64,000 nt of DNA from Camelus ferus (taxonomy: Eukaryota), in NCBI RefSeq assembly GCF_009834535.1, contig NC_045696.1:84942001-85006000 (forward strand), given 5' to 3'. Positions 1-13,050 of this stretch are shown piece after piece (the stretch's first letter is position 1; every line of letters begins with the position of its first letter). A program made the translations under genes and the position numbers. The notes beneath the pieces are model-generated. The model searched no databases and had not been told where the DNA came from. It was given only the letters and a program-made list of their open reading frames with translations.

Positions 1-589
1 GAAACTGGAAGGAAATAGGACAAAGTCTAGAATAAATGATTGGAATACTCTTGATATTAGGTTTATATCTTCACTTGTGGGGGCAGGATAAATCCTGTGA
101 CTGCTGCAGAATAAATGGCACTTGCCTTTGTGTGGAAGAGGGTCCCACGATCTCTCCTTACAGCTGTGGATGTGCCAAAAGTAGACAGTTGGATGAACAA
201 ACAGACCGTCCCTATAAATTATTATATTAAATGAATATTCACTGGCTATGAGTAGATACTGATGTTTTAGGGTACTCAGGGAGAATATATCTACTATATT
301 CCCAAGTCTCACAGGAAACAGAAAGTAAGACCTCCTTATTCAAAGTTGGATCAAGGAGAACATTTTAAAAGATAAGAAGCACAAGAGACCAATGGGAACA
401 ATTCATTTTATTAAAAAATATGCTCAAGATCCTGAAGAGCATAAATACTTTAGAAAAAAATTTACTGATAGTACTTAGAGAAGAGACAATCTTGTTCACA
501 GAGTATATCCACAAAGCTTAGCATCTTCCTAGGAGCCCAGTAGTAAGTTTGAATTCTTCCTCTTTATTTTGTTCTCCGAGTCTGCTTTA

Positions 590-890
590 ATATATTTGAG
601 TCAGTATCATACTGATTTGAGTTAATTTAGCATATAAAACACTTTAGTATCTGGTAGATTAGTTCCCTGCAGTAATTTTTCTTTTAGAAATTTCCTTAGC
701 TATCCTCAACCATTTATTCTTCCAGATGATGTCAGAATAATTTTGTTAAGTTCCATTTTTTTCATCAGAGTTATAAATGGAATGAATTTACCTCTGTATG
801 GAGTTTTATAGGAAATTAATGTCTTTATAATATTATGTCATCTTATTCAGGAAAATAATATTCTATCAGTTTCTTAATGTCTTCTCTTGT
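590..890 (-). mobile_element. Ancient L1 (L1ME-like) ORF2 fragment
   Basis: Degenerate antisense L1 ORF2 motifs (tatctggtag...ttcttttagaaatttccttagctat...ttccagatga...agaataattttgttaagttcc); probably continues to about 1260. Confidence 0.5.
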
Positions 891-1028
891 GTTCTTGACT
901 GGCTGGTACATTTGTAAAAACTGTGTGATAGAGGACGCAAGAAAGTTCACGTCCTCAGGACTTGCCTTGGAAGAACACAGGAGGGAAACTATTTTTAAAT
1001 CCTCCTTTCATGTTGTCTTGTAGTTTAT

Positions 1029-1054
1029 TTTTGTTTTGTTTTGTTTTGTTTTTT
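1029..1054. repeat. (GTTTT)n simple repeat
   Basis: ttttgttttgttttgttttgtttttt. Confidence 0.85.
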
Positions 1055-1289
1055 GCTTTTTATTTAATTACTTCATAGATCTACTTATAATTTTATTTGG
1101 ATACTCTTGTTAATATATCAATTATATCTTTATAATTGTATTTGGCTACTCTTGTTAATACAAGTTATCTTTTTTACTGTTTAATTTTTAAAATATTTGT
1201 CAATGACATGTAAGAAAGCTAGTGATTTTGGTAAAATATTTTGAATTAAGGCATTTATCTGAAACACTGTCTTATAGGTAACAACATTA

Positions 1290-1405
1290 GGTAGTATTGT
1301 GTGTCATGAGTATTTGAGTTTTGATAGTGCTAGAGTTGGATTCCCTTCCTTGCCACTTAACTATGTCATCTTTAGCAAGTAAGTTAACTTTTTGAGTCAT
1401 AGTAA
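1290..1405 (+). mobile_element. MIR SINE fragment
   Basis: MIR core-like: gagttggattccc...tgccacttaactatgtcatctttagcaagtaagttaactttttgagtc. Confidence 0.6.
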
Positions 1406-2329
1406 GAGAAATGGTTTAAGGTGCAACGTGACTACCTCTTTGTAAATCCAGGAGGGCCTGACAGCAGTTTAGCTCTCCATTTAGATTAAATGTGTAAAAT
1501 CTGCTGTTAATAATGCATTTGGGTGAAATTCTGAGATGAAGAATACTCTCCTTTAATATTAAATTTCACTGTTCATAAGCTGTGCTTGCATCCATTGATA
1601 TACTTAGTTTGATCAAGGAATGTTACTCTTTTACCATGATGCTGGAGCAAATGTGCTAGCATTTCAATGGAACTTCTGCATAATCTTTCTTTTCTGCACT
1701 ATACATGTTAGATTTTGTTAACAGTTTGTTTCTTTCATATATTTTTAATATAGAGAGAAATTTCAAATCTATGGAATTACTTTAAATTACTTTAAAGCTT
1801 AAAAAAAGTCACACACTTCTCAAGTTATATGAAATGCTTAACTTGTAAGATCATCTGAATTTGTAAACTTTTTTTTAAGAAATACATTTCAATGTCCTTG
1901 GTCACACACTTGTCTAGATTGCTTAAATCTACATTATTTAATTTTAATATCTAACATCTTGCATTCCAGACTATGTTCCAACAATGGGCAATTCTTTAAC
2001 TTGACTTCACAGTTTCCTTTTCCTCTCTTACATATTAACTGTTTATCTTATAGTTATGGAGTTAGTTATTCATCATTATTATGGATCTAATCTTTCAGTA
2101 TTCATGGTAAGATTGCATACCCCTCTGTTTTGGATGACATCAAACACATTATTTGTTTTGACCAGTAAGATATGAATGAAATTGAGTGGAACTGCATGGA
2201 CTCCAGGAACAAGCCAAGAAAAGCAAACATGTGACTCTCTGTGTTTCCACGCTCTCTGTGTCCACCCTGCTGTTTCTTACTGGTGATATTTCAGGTAGTC
2301 TGAAATGTTTCCTTCTCTCTGGGTCCGTG

Positions 2330-2411
2330 TGTGAAACTTACATGGAAAAGAAACTCCTGCTGATATAAAATAGACATGCAGTGTGAGCAAGAAATACATT
2401 CTGACTGATAT
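2330..2411 (+). mobile_element. Old MLT1 (MaLR) LTR 3' end fragment
   Basis: gacatgcagtgtgagcaagaaata...ctgactgatat resembles an MLT1 LTR terminus. Confidence 0.4.
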
Positions 2412-2889
2412 GCTTGTATAACCCTGATGAGAAGCTGAAAGAGGAAAAACACGACCAAAAAAAAAGCAGCACTCTTTCCAGAAGCCTAGTCCTTGACTTT
2501 CGAAATGCCATTGAAAATACAGATCTACAATTTTTGAATATTCATTTATGTATCTAATATAAATCTAGGAAAAATCAGACTACCAGGAGATAGTGCATTC
2601 TTCAATCAGTTTTTAATAGGGATTATGTCAAGATGCTATGGAATCACATCAGAGGAGATGTCTGTTATATGTATTCCAATGTTGAGATATCAGTAATAAC
2701 TTCCAAGAGATATTTGAAGTGAATTTTATTATCTAGTAGATGATTAGGTTTCACAAGAGAGATAAGGAAGAATTATTCAAAAGAAATGGATTTGTGATGT
2801 AGAATAGTATCAAGAGTTTTTACCAAAGGAATTATACAAATTGGTTAACTATATTTTACAGATAGATAGATGTAATGGCTAAATATTAA

Positions 2890-3225
2890 TTATGTTAGAT
2901 ATAATGAAGGTATAAAAGAACTAGATATTATATTTGAATATTTGAGTTAACCTGCAAGAAGATCTTTCTGAGCATAAATGCTATGAAAAAATATAAATGT
3001 AAATTTTTTAGATTTGTATAGTTACAGATTAACAGATTCTACAGTTGTAAACTAACACAAACAAAATTAAAAAGCAAACAACCAACTTAGAGCGTATATT
3101 TGTCATGTATTCTAGAGGATTAAAATCTAGAAAATACCAAGTACATAATTTGTTCTTACAGATTAGTAATAAAATCATTAAGTTAAAAAATGGGTAAAGG
3201 ACATGAGTAGAAAATCCTGAAAACT
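2890..3225 (+). mobile_element. Ancient L1 (L1ME-like) ORF2 3' fragment
   Basis: caaaattaaaaagcaaacaaccaacttagag...aaaaatgggtaaaggacatgagtagaaaat matches the L1 ORF2 C-terminal region. Confidence 0.55.
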
Positions 3226-3649
3226 ATCATACAAATATAATTCTGACACATTGGTTAGCTGTGCTAAAAATTGAATAATTTTTGTAATGGATCAAAATAT
3301 GGGCAGGTTTCCATGATAGACAGCTGTGTGGAAACACAAGGAAATAGGAACCTAAGTTTATAATATAGTGTGCTTATATTTTTAAACAATCAAGTGTAAT
3401 CTATATGATATATGGATATATAACTTCATACATTTATCTTGATACAATTTTAGAATATTAACCAGGATTCTACTCTCTTACTTTTCATTCATTTTTTTAT
3501 AACATTATGACTTTTGCCTATGAAGTCATGCCTCCGGAGAAGAAATATTCAGAAGTCATATACAACAAAGATCCAATTTTTTGTGTTTTACATACCACAT
3601 AAACTTTTAAGACTCATGAAAGAAATGATGATTTTGACAAATTTCCTCA

Positions 3650-3880
3650 AAATTTTTATAAAATTGTTCATATATACAGCAATGGTGAACATGGTTTACA
3701 GTAAACACCTGCATATACCTCTCCTAGATTTTACCACTGACATCATACTGTGTATTTCTTTTATCATAAATCTATCCATTTATGCCTAACTCCTTTCATC
3801 TTAAGTTTGGATACCTTTCTAAGTAATTTGAAGACATCAGTGTACTTTATTCTAAACACTTCAGCGTGTGTATCATTAAA
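3650..3880 (-). mobile_element. Ancient L1 3' UTR fragment (L1ME/L1MC-like)
   Basis: aaacacctgcatatacctctcctagatttt...gaagacatcagtgtactttattctaaacacttcagcgtgtgtatcatt. Confidence 0.5.
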
Positions 3881-3899
3881 AAGGAAACTTTAAAGTCTA

Positions 3900-4580
3900 A
3901 GCTGTGGAAGACGCAGAGCCTGTGAAGCTGTAACAGTAGAGTGACAAGAGAGCAGATGGGAGGACATTACTGCTTCTCCCCCCAGATGCTGTAAATGTTA
4001 CCTAGGCCAATGAAGCAGACCCAGAAAGAGCAGTAGAAGAAACATTGATTTCCTCTTGGCCCTTGTAAAGTTTCCAAGCCCCAGTGGAGGAGAAGCACAG
4101 GAACTGTAGATATATAAAAAGATTCAAGAGGGAGCAGACTGCTTTGTTTTTTTTCCTATTGAAGCTTGGGGAGACTACAAACATCTCAAGGAAGTTTGTC
4201 ATGCCAGGATGATCACCTGAGTCTCCTCTTCGCAGAGAAAAGTATGAGAGAATCTAAATATTTCTAGAAAGGTGAAAAATGACTAAGAGGAGCACCAACA
4301 GATGTAACAAGGAAAGGAAAACGAAGAGCTCATGGATCAATGACTAGGGATGGCTCTGGGTCAGGCAGTCCTTCCCCACTGATACATGGAATTCACACAG
4401 CTCTGACTTATATAGCATCCTCGGGAAGATGACATGGTGAGTGAATATTTGGAACTGAATTAGATTAAACATGAGATGACTTAGAAAATACTAAATTGAC
4501 CAAGTCCCCATGGAACTGATTCATTTGTATGTTCCAGTGTCAGGGGAACATGAGTGTTAAAAACAAACATAGTTTACATG
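3900..4580. mobile_element. Possible very old unclassified LTR
   Basis: Purine-rich, more GC-rich block starting near tgtgg and ending ...atagtttaca; family not recognised. Confidence 0.25.
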
Positions 4581-5451
4581 TGTTTCATGACTAAAATTCT
4601 TAGATACATTGTAAAAACGTGTTCTATAAAGATGGGGGGAAAAGAAATACTAAGCTTTGAAATATGTTTCTGTTTTGCTTGATTCTTTGTGAAATGACCT
4701 TTTGGGGTCCAGCGCTTTGGAACTGTTTGCAAATGGATATTTAGATACGCAAAATGAAAGCCAATCTTGAATAGAGAGAGACTGGGGTTAAAATTCCCTG
4801 TTAGTAACTGTATCTATGTGAATGTTTTAAGTTGTCTTTGTTTAAAGTTCCTTTTTTCCTATCCCCCAGTCCTTCAGGAATTTTCTTTTCCCAGATGAAA
4901 TAATCTTGTCTTAGTTACGTAGTAGAGTTTTAGCTGATGAAACTTTATTCATGCTTGACATAAAAATCACAGGGGAATAGCAGTTTCCTGAGTGGGCTAG
5001 GTTAATGATTTAAGGAGTGAAAGAATAGACTGCGTGGCAAGGATTCATTTGTGGAATAGCTAAGCATAAGCATTCCTTGAGGTTTCTCAAGGTCACTGGA
5101 ATAAAATGATCTGTAGTCAAGCAGGGTGCAGGCTTGCATAATATAAATGTGTGTATCCAAAGAAAGAAATGTGATATTATTTTTGGTTTCAAAATAATAC
5201 AGCCTGTCTTCAGAGGATATTCTCTTCAATAATAGTTTTGGATAATTTAATCCTGGAGGACACATATGGTGTTTATTTTCTTCTGTCTTTGTTTCTTTGT
5301 TTTCAGGTAATACACAATTAAATTGTGTTAATTTTCCATCTTTCAAAATTGATAAAAGAGCACCTTAAAACACTCTTAATAACTTTAACTTTATACTTAT
5401 TTTGAACATGCGAGTTCTCGGTAAACATTTTTAAGATAAAAAAATAGATTA

Positions 5452-5985
5452 TATCAGTCAGGATTTGCACTGGCATACTACAGCAACAGATAAACTTTCA
5501 GGGGCTTATAACAGCAAATGTTTATTTTTTATTCAAACAGCATGTCTAATCATATCAGCCTCATCTTGCTCTATTGAGTCTTTATTCCAGTGCCCAGCCT
5601 CACTTTGGGTACATTCAAAGTCATTGTGAGTGAGAGAAGAAAGACATGGAAAATTACACAGTGACTTTAAAGCTTCTGTCAAGAAGTGACATGTGGCACT
5701 TCTACTCACATTACATTGGCCAAGCCAAGTCAACCCTGAGATCCCCAAGGCAAGAATATACTCTACTTCAGAGAGGAGCGCAGCAGGAAGAAAAATTAAT
5801 TTTTTTGTTTGTTTGCTTTTATTTATTTATTTTTTTGAAGTATAATCGGTTTACAATATTGTGTTAATTTCCGGTATACAGCATAATGATTCAGTTATAT
5901 ATATTTAGATATATATTCACATATTTAGATATATATATATTCCTTTTCATGTTCTTATCTGGCAAGCATTAATAAAACCTATCAC
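5452..5985 (-). mobile_element. MLT1 (K/L-like) MaLR LTR, interrupted by an L1 tail
   Basis: tatcagtcagg...gcttctgtcaagaagtgacatgtggcacttctactcacattacattggccaagccaagtca; the LTR end resumes after 5956 (…aataaaacctatcaca). Confidence 0.7.
5800..5956 (-). mobile_element. Short L1 3' tail (artiodactyl-type)
   Basis: T-rich tail followed by ttgaagtataatcggtttacaatattgtgttaatttccggtatacagcataatgattcagttatat. Confidence 0.85.
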
Positions 5986-6107
5986 AAGCATATATTTAAT
6001 TTAATGTATAATAAATATATTAACTTTATATTAAGGTAATTTTTAACTCAATTAATATATCATACATATCCTTTTTTTCTAACTCTGTGTAAGAACCTTT
6101 GAAATTT

Positions 6108-6514
6108 CTAAGTCATTCTAAGTGAAGTAAGCCAGAAAAAAGAAAGAAAAATACCATATGATATCACTTATAGGTGGAATCTAAAGAAAAATGACACAAA
6201 TGAACTTATTTACAAAACTGAAACAGACTCACAGACACAGAAAACAAGCTTATGGTTACCAGAGGGAAAACAAGGGTGGGAGGGAATAAACTAGGAGTTC
6301 AAGATTTGCAGATACTAATTAATATATGTAGGATAGATAAAAAATAAGTTCATACTGCATAGCACAGGGAACTATATTCAATATCTTGCTGTAACCTATA
6401 ATGAAAAATAATATAAAAATCTATATATGTATGTATGTATGTATGGCTGAAACAGTATGCTGAACACCAGAAATTGACACAACATTATAAACTGGCTATA
6501 CTTCAATTAAAAAA
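6108..6514 (+). mobile_element. 5'-truncated L1 3' end (camelid-type) with poly(A) and imperfect TSD
   Basis: ctaagtgaagtaagccag...ggagttcaagatttgcagatactaa...tatacttcaattaaaaaaaa; flanks aagaacctttgaaattt (6091-6107) and aagaaacttgtgaaattt (6515-6532). Confidence 0.95.
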
Positions 6515-6565
6515 AAGAAACTTGTGAAATTTGTTTTCTGATCAATTACCTTAATAGCCTACTAA

Positions 6566-7167
6566 GGTGGGCGTGTACTGCTTTGGCTTATCTATCAACC
6601 ATTCCATTTCTCGACTGGTAAGAGTACCTGAAATGTCTTTTAGGAATTACATCTTGCCCATTTAGGGTACATGTGTTTGGTGCATGTGACCCTGCCCAGG
6701 CTCAAAGAGCACAAATACTCCATAGCCACAGTGTGCCACATCCTTGTGCAAACAAGGAGTTTGATCACTGACCACATTAATTCATGTCATTTGAAATATA
6801 ACCGTTGTTTCAATCAGAATCAATCCTAGACATGTATGAAAGCTTGTCAGAAGAAACAAAACAAAACAAATCAGAAACTCTTCCTTTGTGGAACTGGGAG
6901 GATGTAGGCCTAACTACTGGCAACCATTTTTCACTGTATTCACACAGATGAATTAGGTCAAAAGATGTAGACAGGGTGAGACCAGGTGACATGTGGACAT
7001 TTGAAGAATGAACTGTATCTGAAAATGGAAAGAGATAAAGGGGGAGGAACAGAAGCAAATGGCAAGGACCCATTGTGGAATATGTAACTTATGAATTAAA
7101 TGCCCTTTCACTAGGCAGTTGGAAGTGAGTCTCTGGCTACCTGCAAACAAAAGTCCCAGCTGATTCA
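6566..7167 (+). mobile_element. ERVL-class LTR (LTR33/LTR16-like group)
   Basis: Ends ...ggctacctgcaaacaaaagtcccagctgattca, like the ttgcaaccaaaagagtcctaactgataca termini of old ERVL LTRs. Confidence 0.5.
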
Positions 7168-7384
7168 ACTACTATGCCAAGTAGCACGCATGCTTACTGA
7201 CTGAGGTTTTGCTGTTTCTACAGCTGCTAATTTGCCCTAATTGCAAGGCTCAGACCTTCTCATTTTGGTAGAGGTACAATAGATCTGATTCCCATTAAGG
7301 GAAACAATATGATTTATTCATAGTGATCCTGCAGGTAAGACAATATAAATAGGCCTCCAAAGCTTTTAGAGGGATCAACACCAA

Positions 7385-7525
7385 TTTAATAGGATTCTTA
7401 ATGTCATGAGTAGAGAGAATTGAAGAAAATTATTTTTGAAGAGATATCAACAAATGATTTTCCAGGTTAGGCTAAAGACATGAATCCTCAGATTTGGGAA
7501 TCATAATAAATTCAAGCAAAAATGA
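7385..7525 (+). mobile_element. Ancient L1 ORF1 fragment
   Basis: tttgaagagatatcaacaaatgattttccag...aaagacatgaatcctcagatt is an ORF1 motif. Confidence 0.5.
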
Positions 7526-10500
7526 GTACTCTTTCAATGGAAATCTCTTATCAGTAAATACCTATGTTTTAATCAGCAAGATAATCACTTTTTCTTTCCA
7601 TAGAATGTGATAATGAAGGATGACCTCATGTCTAGACTTAAGCTTTTAACTCTGCTTCTGCTCAGGGGGTTCTAATGTGTTTCCAAAGCAATCAGTCACA
7701 TGCCAGAAGCTGCCTGGATAATCACCTCTGAGATTTTCTAAAAATTGTAATCATTTTCCATATGAATATAATTTCAATAAAATCCTCTCATCAATGCACT
7801 ACTTAGGACTTCTCTTCAATAATCTATAAAACCTCATCAAGAGAATGATCTTTTTTATTATGATTTTTGAAGAATTTAACAATCAAGTATATATTCTCAA
7901 TCTGTAAACCCTTGCACTCTGAAAAATCTGCTAGGGACATCTTCACATCCTTTATGAGAATCTAAATCCAGAAAACTGTTAAGCCAGTTTCATCACCTAA
8001 AAAGGTACCAAGATTTTACTAAATTTTTTAAATTAGTGTACTATCCATAAAGTATTTCCTATTAATCTGTGCATAAAGTTTTTAAAAGTCTGATTCAAAA
8101 TAAATTTAAAAGATTTTATTATTATGTTATCAACGTGCGAGAAAACTAGTCAAAGCAGAATCAAATTCATATACAGAGTAAGATCCTCTATAAATGTAAT
8201 GTGGAGTTGTTCTGTATAACAAGAAAATTAGAAGAATATCAACTTGGAATTGTAAATAAATCTCTGCCTATTTCATATGCATGTTAGATTGTTGAATATA
8301 AATTGTCATCAAATGGTACAATGTATGATTTTTTTTTTTTTTTTGGTGACTTGGGGTTAATGGAAAGGTGGGAAGAAGAAGAGGAAATGAAAATGAAATG
8401 ACAGTTCAAGGATTGTTATCCTAGATTAAGGATTGTTAAATTTAACCTTTAGTAAAATGTTTAAGGGTATTCTAAAATACTGAATTCTAAAAGTAAGAGG
8501 TTTTGATCTGGGCCACCAGAGATAATGAGTTATTAACTGATAATCACGTATTTATAATACAAGACTGCATATATGTAGATCACCCTTCTTAATGAATGAA
8601 ATAGAAGATAGGGCTCAGGAGTTCGCTAGAAGTTCAATTCAGTCATCTAACTCAGTCATTCATCAGTTTGCGATAATGAAGTTGGTGCAGTATGGAACCA
8701 TAAGCCAAGAATGGCTTGTATAGTTTCAGAGTGTGACCTGTGTATCATCCTGCTAAATCACAAATTTAAAGTTGGCATCAGATCTTTGATGATTAGGGAG
8801 ATGAAATACCATAGATTTTTGCATTCCCTTATACTTACTTTCCACTTTGCCACAGTTAGTACTAAGAAAAATTTGTTCTGAATAGTGTTAATAGGTAAGC
8901 CTTAAAAAAATGTCATTCCCAAAGTAGGTCTTATTTTTATTTTTTCAAGTTATTACTACTAAATTGTAAGCAGCATTCTATTACAGAGTATCTCGGATAC
9001 TTTAATCACCTACTGTTTATTGTAAAGCACTTACTGTCTATGAGAGTGGGGTAGAGAAGGATAAGATATATCTAATATTTTCTTTGACCTTTTGATGTCA
9101 AAGCCTCTAATAATATTCCTTGAAACTACTATCACCTAAATATACCTTTAGAGCCCCGGTTTATATCAATAACATACCTAGAAATCATTTTGTCAGTTTT
9201 GTGGTAACGTTTAAGTTTTCTCCTCGTATTTATTAATCATCAATCACTCCAGAATCATATAGCATGATTTCATTGAAAATATAAATAAAGTTGTGAAAAA
9301 ATCACAAATAAATCACTATACCAATCAATGTAAGATAATTAATGCATAATTTTTCTATGTCATCTTTCACAAATTTATACATTTACGTAACTCTGGAAAA
9401 CTGTGTATCACACCTGAATTTATAGAATGTTCAGAGTGATCATATGGTAGCTTATGTTTTTGCATTCTTAAAAGTTGGTGAGAGGGCTGCATGAAACCTT
9501 TTATATTTGGGCCCTTTTTTATTAATTTCTTCACTCTACTTATTAAATGCTTTATCATATTCAAGAAGTCATCTTATATCTCTTCCTTGATCTAAGCTTT
9601 CTCACTGGTGCAGTGAGAGTGGTACTCAAGTATCAGCTCAGATGATTTGAGTGTACAGCCAAAAAAAACTAAAGGATGTGAAGCAAAACAGAAAAGAAGT
9701 TCTGAATTTCATAACCCAAGGGATAGATACCTAATGCCCTTCTAGGATCAAAGTGGAAAAGAATCAATTAAACTTGCATGCAGTTATGTAAATTCTGATA
9801 GAAAATTATTACATTCTCTATACAAACATTTCCCAAAAATCTAAAAGAAAACGTAGGACTCTGAACTCATCATTTCAAGGTAAACTGAAAATATCTTTGG
9901 TATGCCTTGAACATCAACAAAATCAGCAAGCAATCACAACTGGCACTTGTAATAAGCACTAGTTATGGTTGATGTATGAGATAATTATAATGCTTTCCTG
10001 GAAAATCTAATAAATCCCAGAATTGTTAGTTTCAAAAAAAATCTGTTTTTATGGAAATTAGAGCCTGAATATCCCATTTATTACACCAAGAGAACTATAC
10101 AAGTTTTTCTGACATACTCAATCAAAACCTGTGTCAAATCATGAAACGTAATTGTTTCTGAAGACTGGAAAAAAATATTTTCTAAAATTGAGTGGCTTAA
10201 TATTAAAATGTAGCAAACATTATAATTTTCACAACAAATGAATACTGTTCAGATACCTGTTTTGACATAGAACTTAAAAAAAACTGAATATAACCACACT
10301 TTAAAATACATTTGACAAATTTTTAAAACATGATTCACTTACAGTATAATTTTTCTTTAAAATCGTTTATTCAGATCAGATTCTTTACTCTTTTCCCCAC
10401 CATATCTATATGCTTTGTGATTTTTAAAATATTTCCTGTTATTATTATTTAGGGTATGGATTATTCAAGGTTGTATAAAAGATTATTCAAGGTAAGATAT

Positions 10501-10840
10501 TTCAGAAATTTCGAGCTCCGCATAAAAGTCAGTCATTTGGTCTCAACCAAATTGCAACCATGTAGCTACTTTATGATTAATTCAGTTCAGCCAAATTTTT
10601 TCTCGAAATGGTAAATAATATTAGCTCAAATGAGACTATATTTTTAAGTTTAATAACAAAGAATATGTGCAAATAATACAGGTATATGAAAATCTATTTA
10701 CATAAAAATTGAGTTTGTATTTCTTAGCTACATTCAATCTTTCCTGAAACTTTTTAATATATTTTAAAATTTTGTTTAAATTTTAATTAATATATAAATA
10801 CAAACTTTAAAAAGGAGAAGCTTTTATTCTTCCTGAATTT

Positions 10841-10920
10841 TTTTTGAGGTATGATGGACATATAACATTATACTAGTTTCAGGTGTATAACAATGATTCA
10901 GCATGTGTATATTGCAAAAT
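10841..10920 (-). mobile_element. L1 3' tail fragment
   Basis: tttttgaggtatgatggacatataacattatactagtttcaggtgtataacaatgattc. Confidence 0.6.
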
Positions 10921-10984
10921 TGTTCTTCTTAAACGCTTAAGTATACAATAAATTTTATATATACCCAAAATAGTGGCTTTTTAA

Positions 10985-11596
10985 ACTTAGTAAAATGCAT
11001 GTAGGGTAACTCCATGTCTTTTTATGGTTTGATTTGGGTTATTTATTTTTAACACTGAATAGTATTCCATTGTCTAGATGTGTCACAATTTATTTATCCA
11101 TTCACTTACTGGAGGACATCTTGGTTGCTTCCAAGTTTTGACAATTATGAATAAATAAAGCTACTATACATATTCATATGCAGGTTTCTGTGAGGACGTA
11201 AGTGTTCAGCTCCTTTAGGTAAATACCAAGCTGTGCATTTGCTGGGTCCTATGGTAACTTTTGTGAGAAATCACCAAACTGTCTTCCAAAGTGGCTATAC
11301 CATTTTGCATTCCCACCACTTTACCCCTTGCCTGTACTTGGTGCTGTCAGTGTTCTGGATTTTGACCATTCAAACAGGCTTTGCAGTGGTATCTAATTGT
11401 TGTTTTAACTAGCATTTCCCTGATGATATGTGATGTAGAGCACATATTTTTTCTGCTTATTTGCTATCTGTATATATTCTTTGGTAAGATGTCTGTAAAG
11501 GTGTTGGCCCCATTTTTAAATCAAGGTTTTTTCTTCTTGTTGAGGTTTAAAAGTTCTCTGTATATTTTAAATAATAGTTCTTCATTATATCTATCT
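10985..11596 (-). mobile_element. L1MC-like element, left part (host of the inverted L1)
   Basis: ggacatcttggttgcttccaagttttgacaattatgaataaa...ctcctttaggtaaataccaag...gtcttccaaagtggctataccattttgcattccca. Confidence 0.85.
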
Positions 11597-12125
11597 TTTT
11601 TATTGATATATAATTGACATCAAACATTGTGTAGGTTTGAAGGTGTACAGTGTTGCTGTGATATATTTATATATTGCAATATGATTTCCACTGTAGCATA
11701 AGATAACACCTCAATCACATTACGTAATTATTGTTTTTTTGTGTAGTGAAAACAATTACATTCTAGTCTCTCAGCAACTTTAAAGTTTTTAATTTAGTAT
11801 TGTTGGCTATAATCACTATGCTCTCCACTATGTCTCCATAACTTATTTATGTACTAGTTTGTACCCCATAACAGCATCTCCCCAATTCCCCCACACCCCA
11901 GCCCCCAGTAACCACCATTCTACTCTGTTTCTTTCAGTCCAGCTTTTTTAGATTCCATATGTAATTATACAGTGTACCTTTCTCTATACGACTTATCTCT
12001 CTTAGCATAATGCCTTCAAAATCCAACCAAATTGTTACAAGTACCAGGATTTCCTTCTCCCTCATGGTTGAGCAATATTCCATTGTGTATTGGAAACAAA
12101 CACATATATACATATATATGTGTAC

Positions 12126-12170
<45 letters not shown>

Positions 12171-13050
12171 CACAGTGCACAGGGCTTCCATTTTCTCCAT
12201 ATCTTCACCAACACTTGTTTCCCCTTGTGTTTTTGGTGTTAGCCATTCTAACAGGTGTGAGGCTTTTTATGGTTTTGACTTGCATTTCTAATGATTAGTG
12301 ACACTGAACATCTTTTCATGTACTTGTTAGTCATTTGGATGTGTTCTTTGGAAAAATGTACATGGAGTTCCTCAGGCTATTTTTTAATTGGACTTTGCTT
12401 TTTATGTTATTGAACTGTGTGAGTTTTTATATATTTTTATATTAACCCCTTATATCTGATTTGAAAATATTTTCTCCTATTCTATAGGTTGTAGGTTTCT
12501 TTTCCATTTTATTGATTATTTCCTTTGTTGTGCAGAAGCATTTTAGTTTGATGTTGCTCCACTTGTTGATTTTTGCTTTTATTGCTTGTGCTTTTGCTGT
12601 TATATCCAAAAAATATGCCAAGACCAGTGTCAGGGAGCTTCTTCCTTATATTTTCCTCTAGTCAGCATCAGAGCTTATGTTTACATCTTTAATGTATTTT
12701 GAGTTAGTTTTGTGGGTGGTATGAGATAGGGTACCAGTTTCATTTTTCTGCATGTGGCTATCCAGTTTTCCCAATACCATTTATTGAAGAGACTATTTTT
12801 TCCCCATTGAGTGCTCTTGGCACCCTTGTTGACCATATATGTAGCAGTTTATTTCTCTACTTTGTTCCGTTGGTCTATGGATCCATTTTTATCCCATCAT
12901 CATAGTATTTGATTATGGTAGCTTTGTAATACAGTTTGAAATCAGAAAGCATGATGCCTCTGACCTTTTTCTTTCTTTGGATTGTTTGAGTTATGTAGAG
13001 TCTTTTGTGGTTCCATACAAATTTTAGCATTGTTTTACTCTTTCTGTGAA
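11597..13050 (-). mobile_element. L1MA9-like element, non-inverted 3' segment (ORF2 end, 3' UTR, tail)
   Basis: tttttattgatatataattgacatcaaacattgtgtagg... through ...ttttgtggttccatacaaattttagcattgtt...ctttctgtgaaaa. Confidence 0.9.
12129..12164. repeat. (AT)18 microsatellite
   Basis: 36-nt perfect AT run inside the L1. Confidence 0.95.

Noticed and set aside
36..230. 64-aa Cys-rich ORF with hydrophobic N-terminus (defensin/toxin-like look)
   Set aside because: The cysteine spacing matches no family I recognise, there is no supporting gene structure, and the length is compatible with chance.
7223..7334. Acceptor/donor pair (tttctacag ... CTGCAG|gtaaga)
   Set aside because: Stops in all three frames and no other support; at most a non-coding exon.
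11934..12291. ORFs containing YIYIYI runs
   Set aside because: Translation of the (AT)n microsatellite within an L1.
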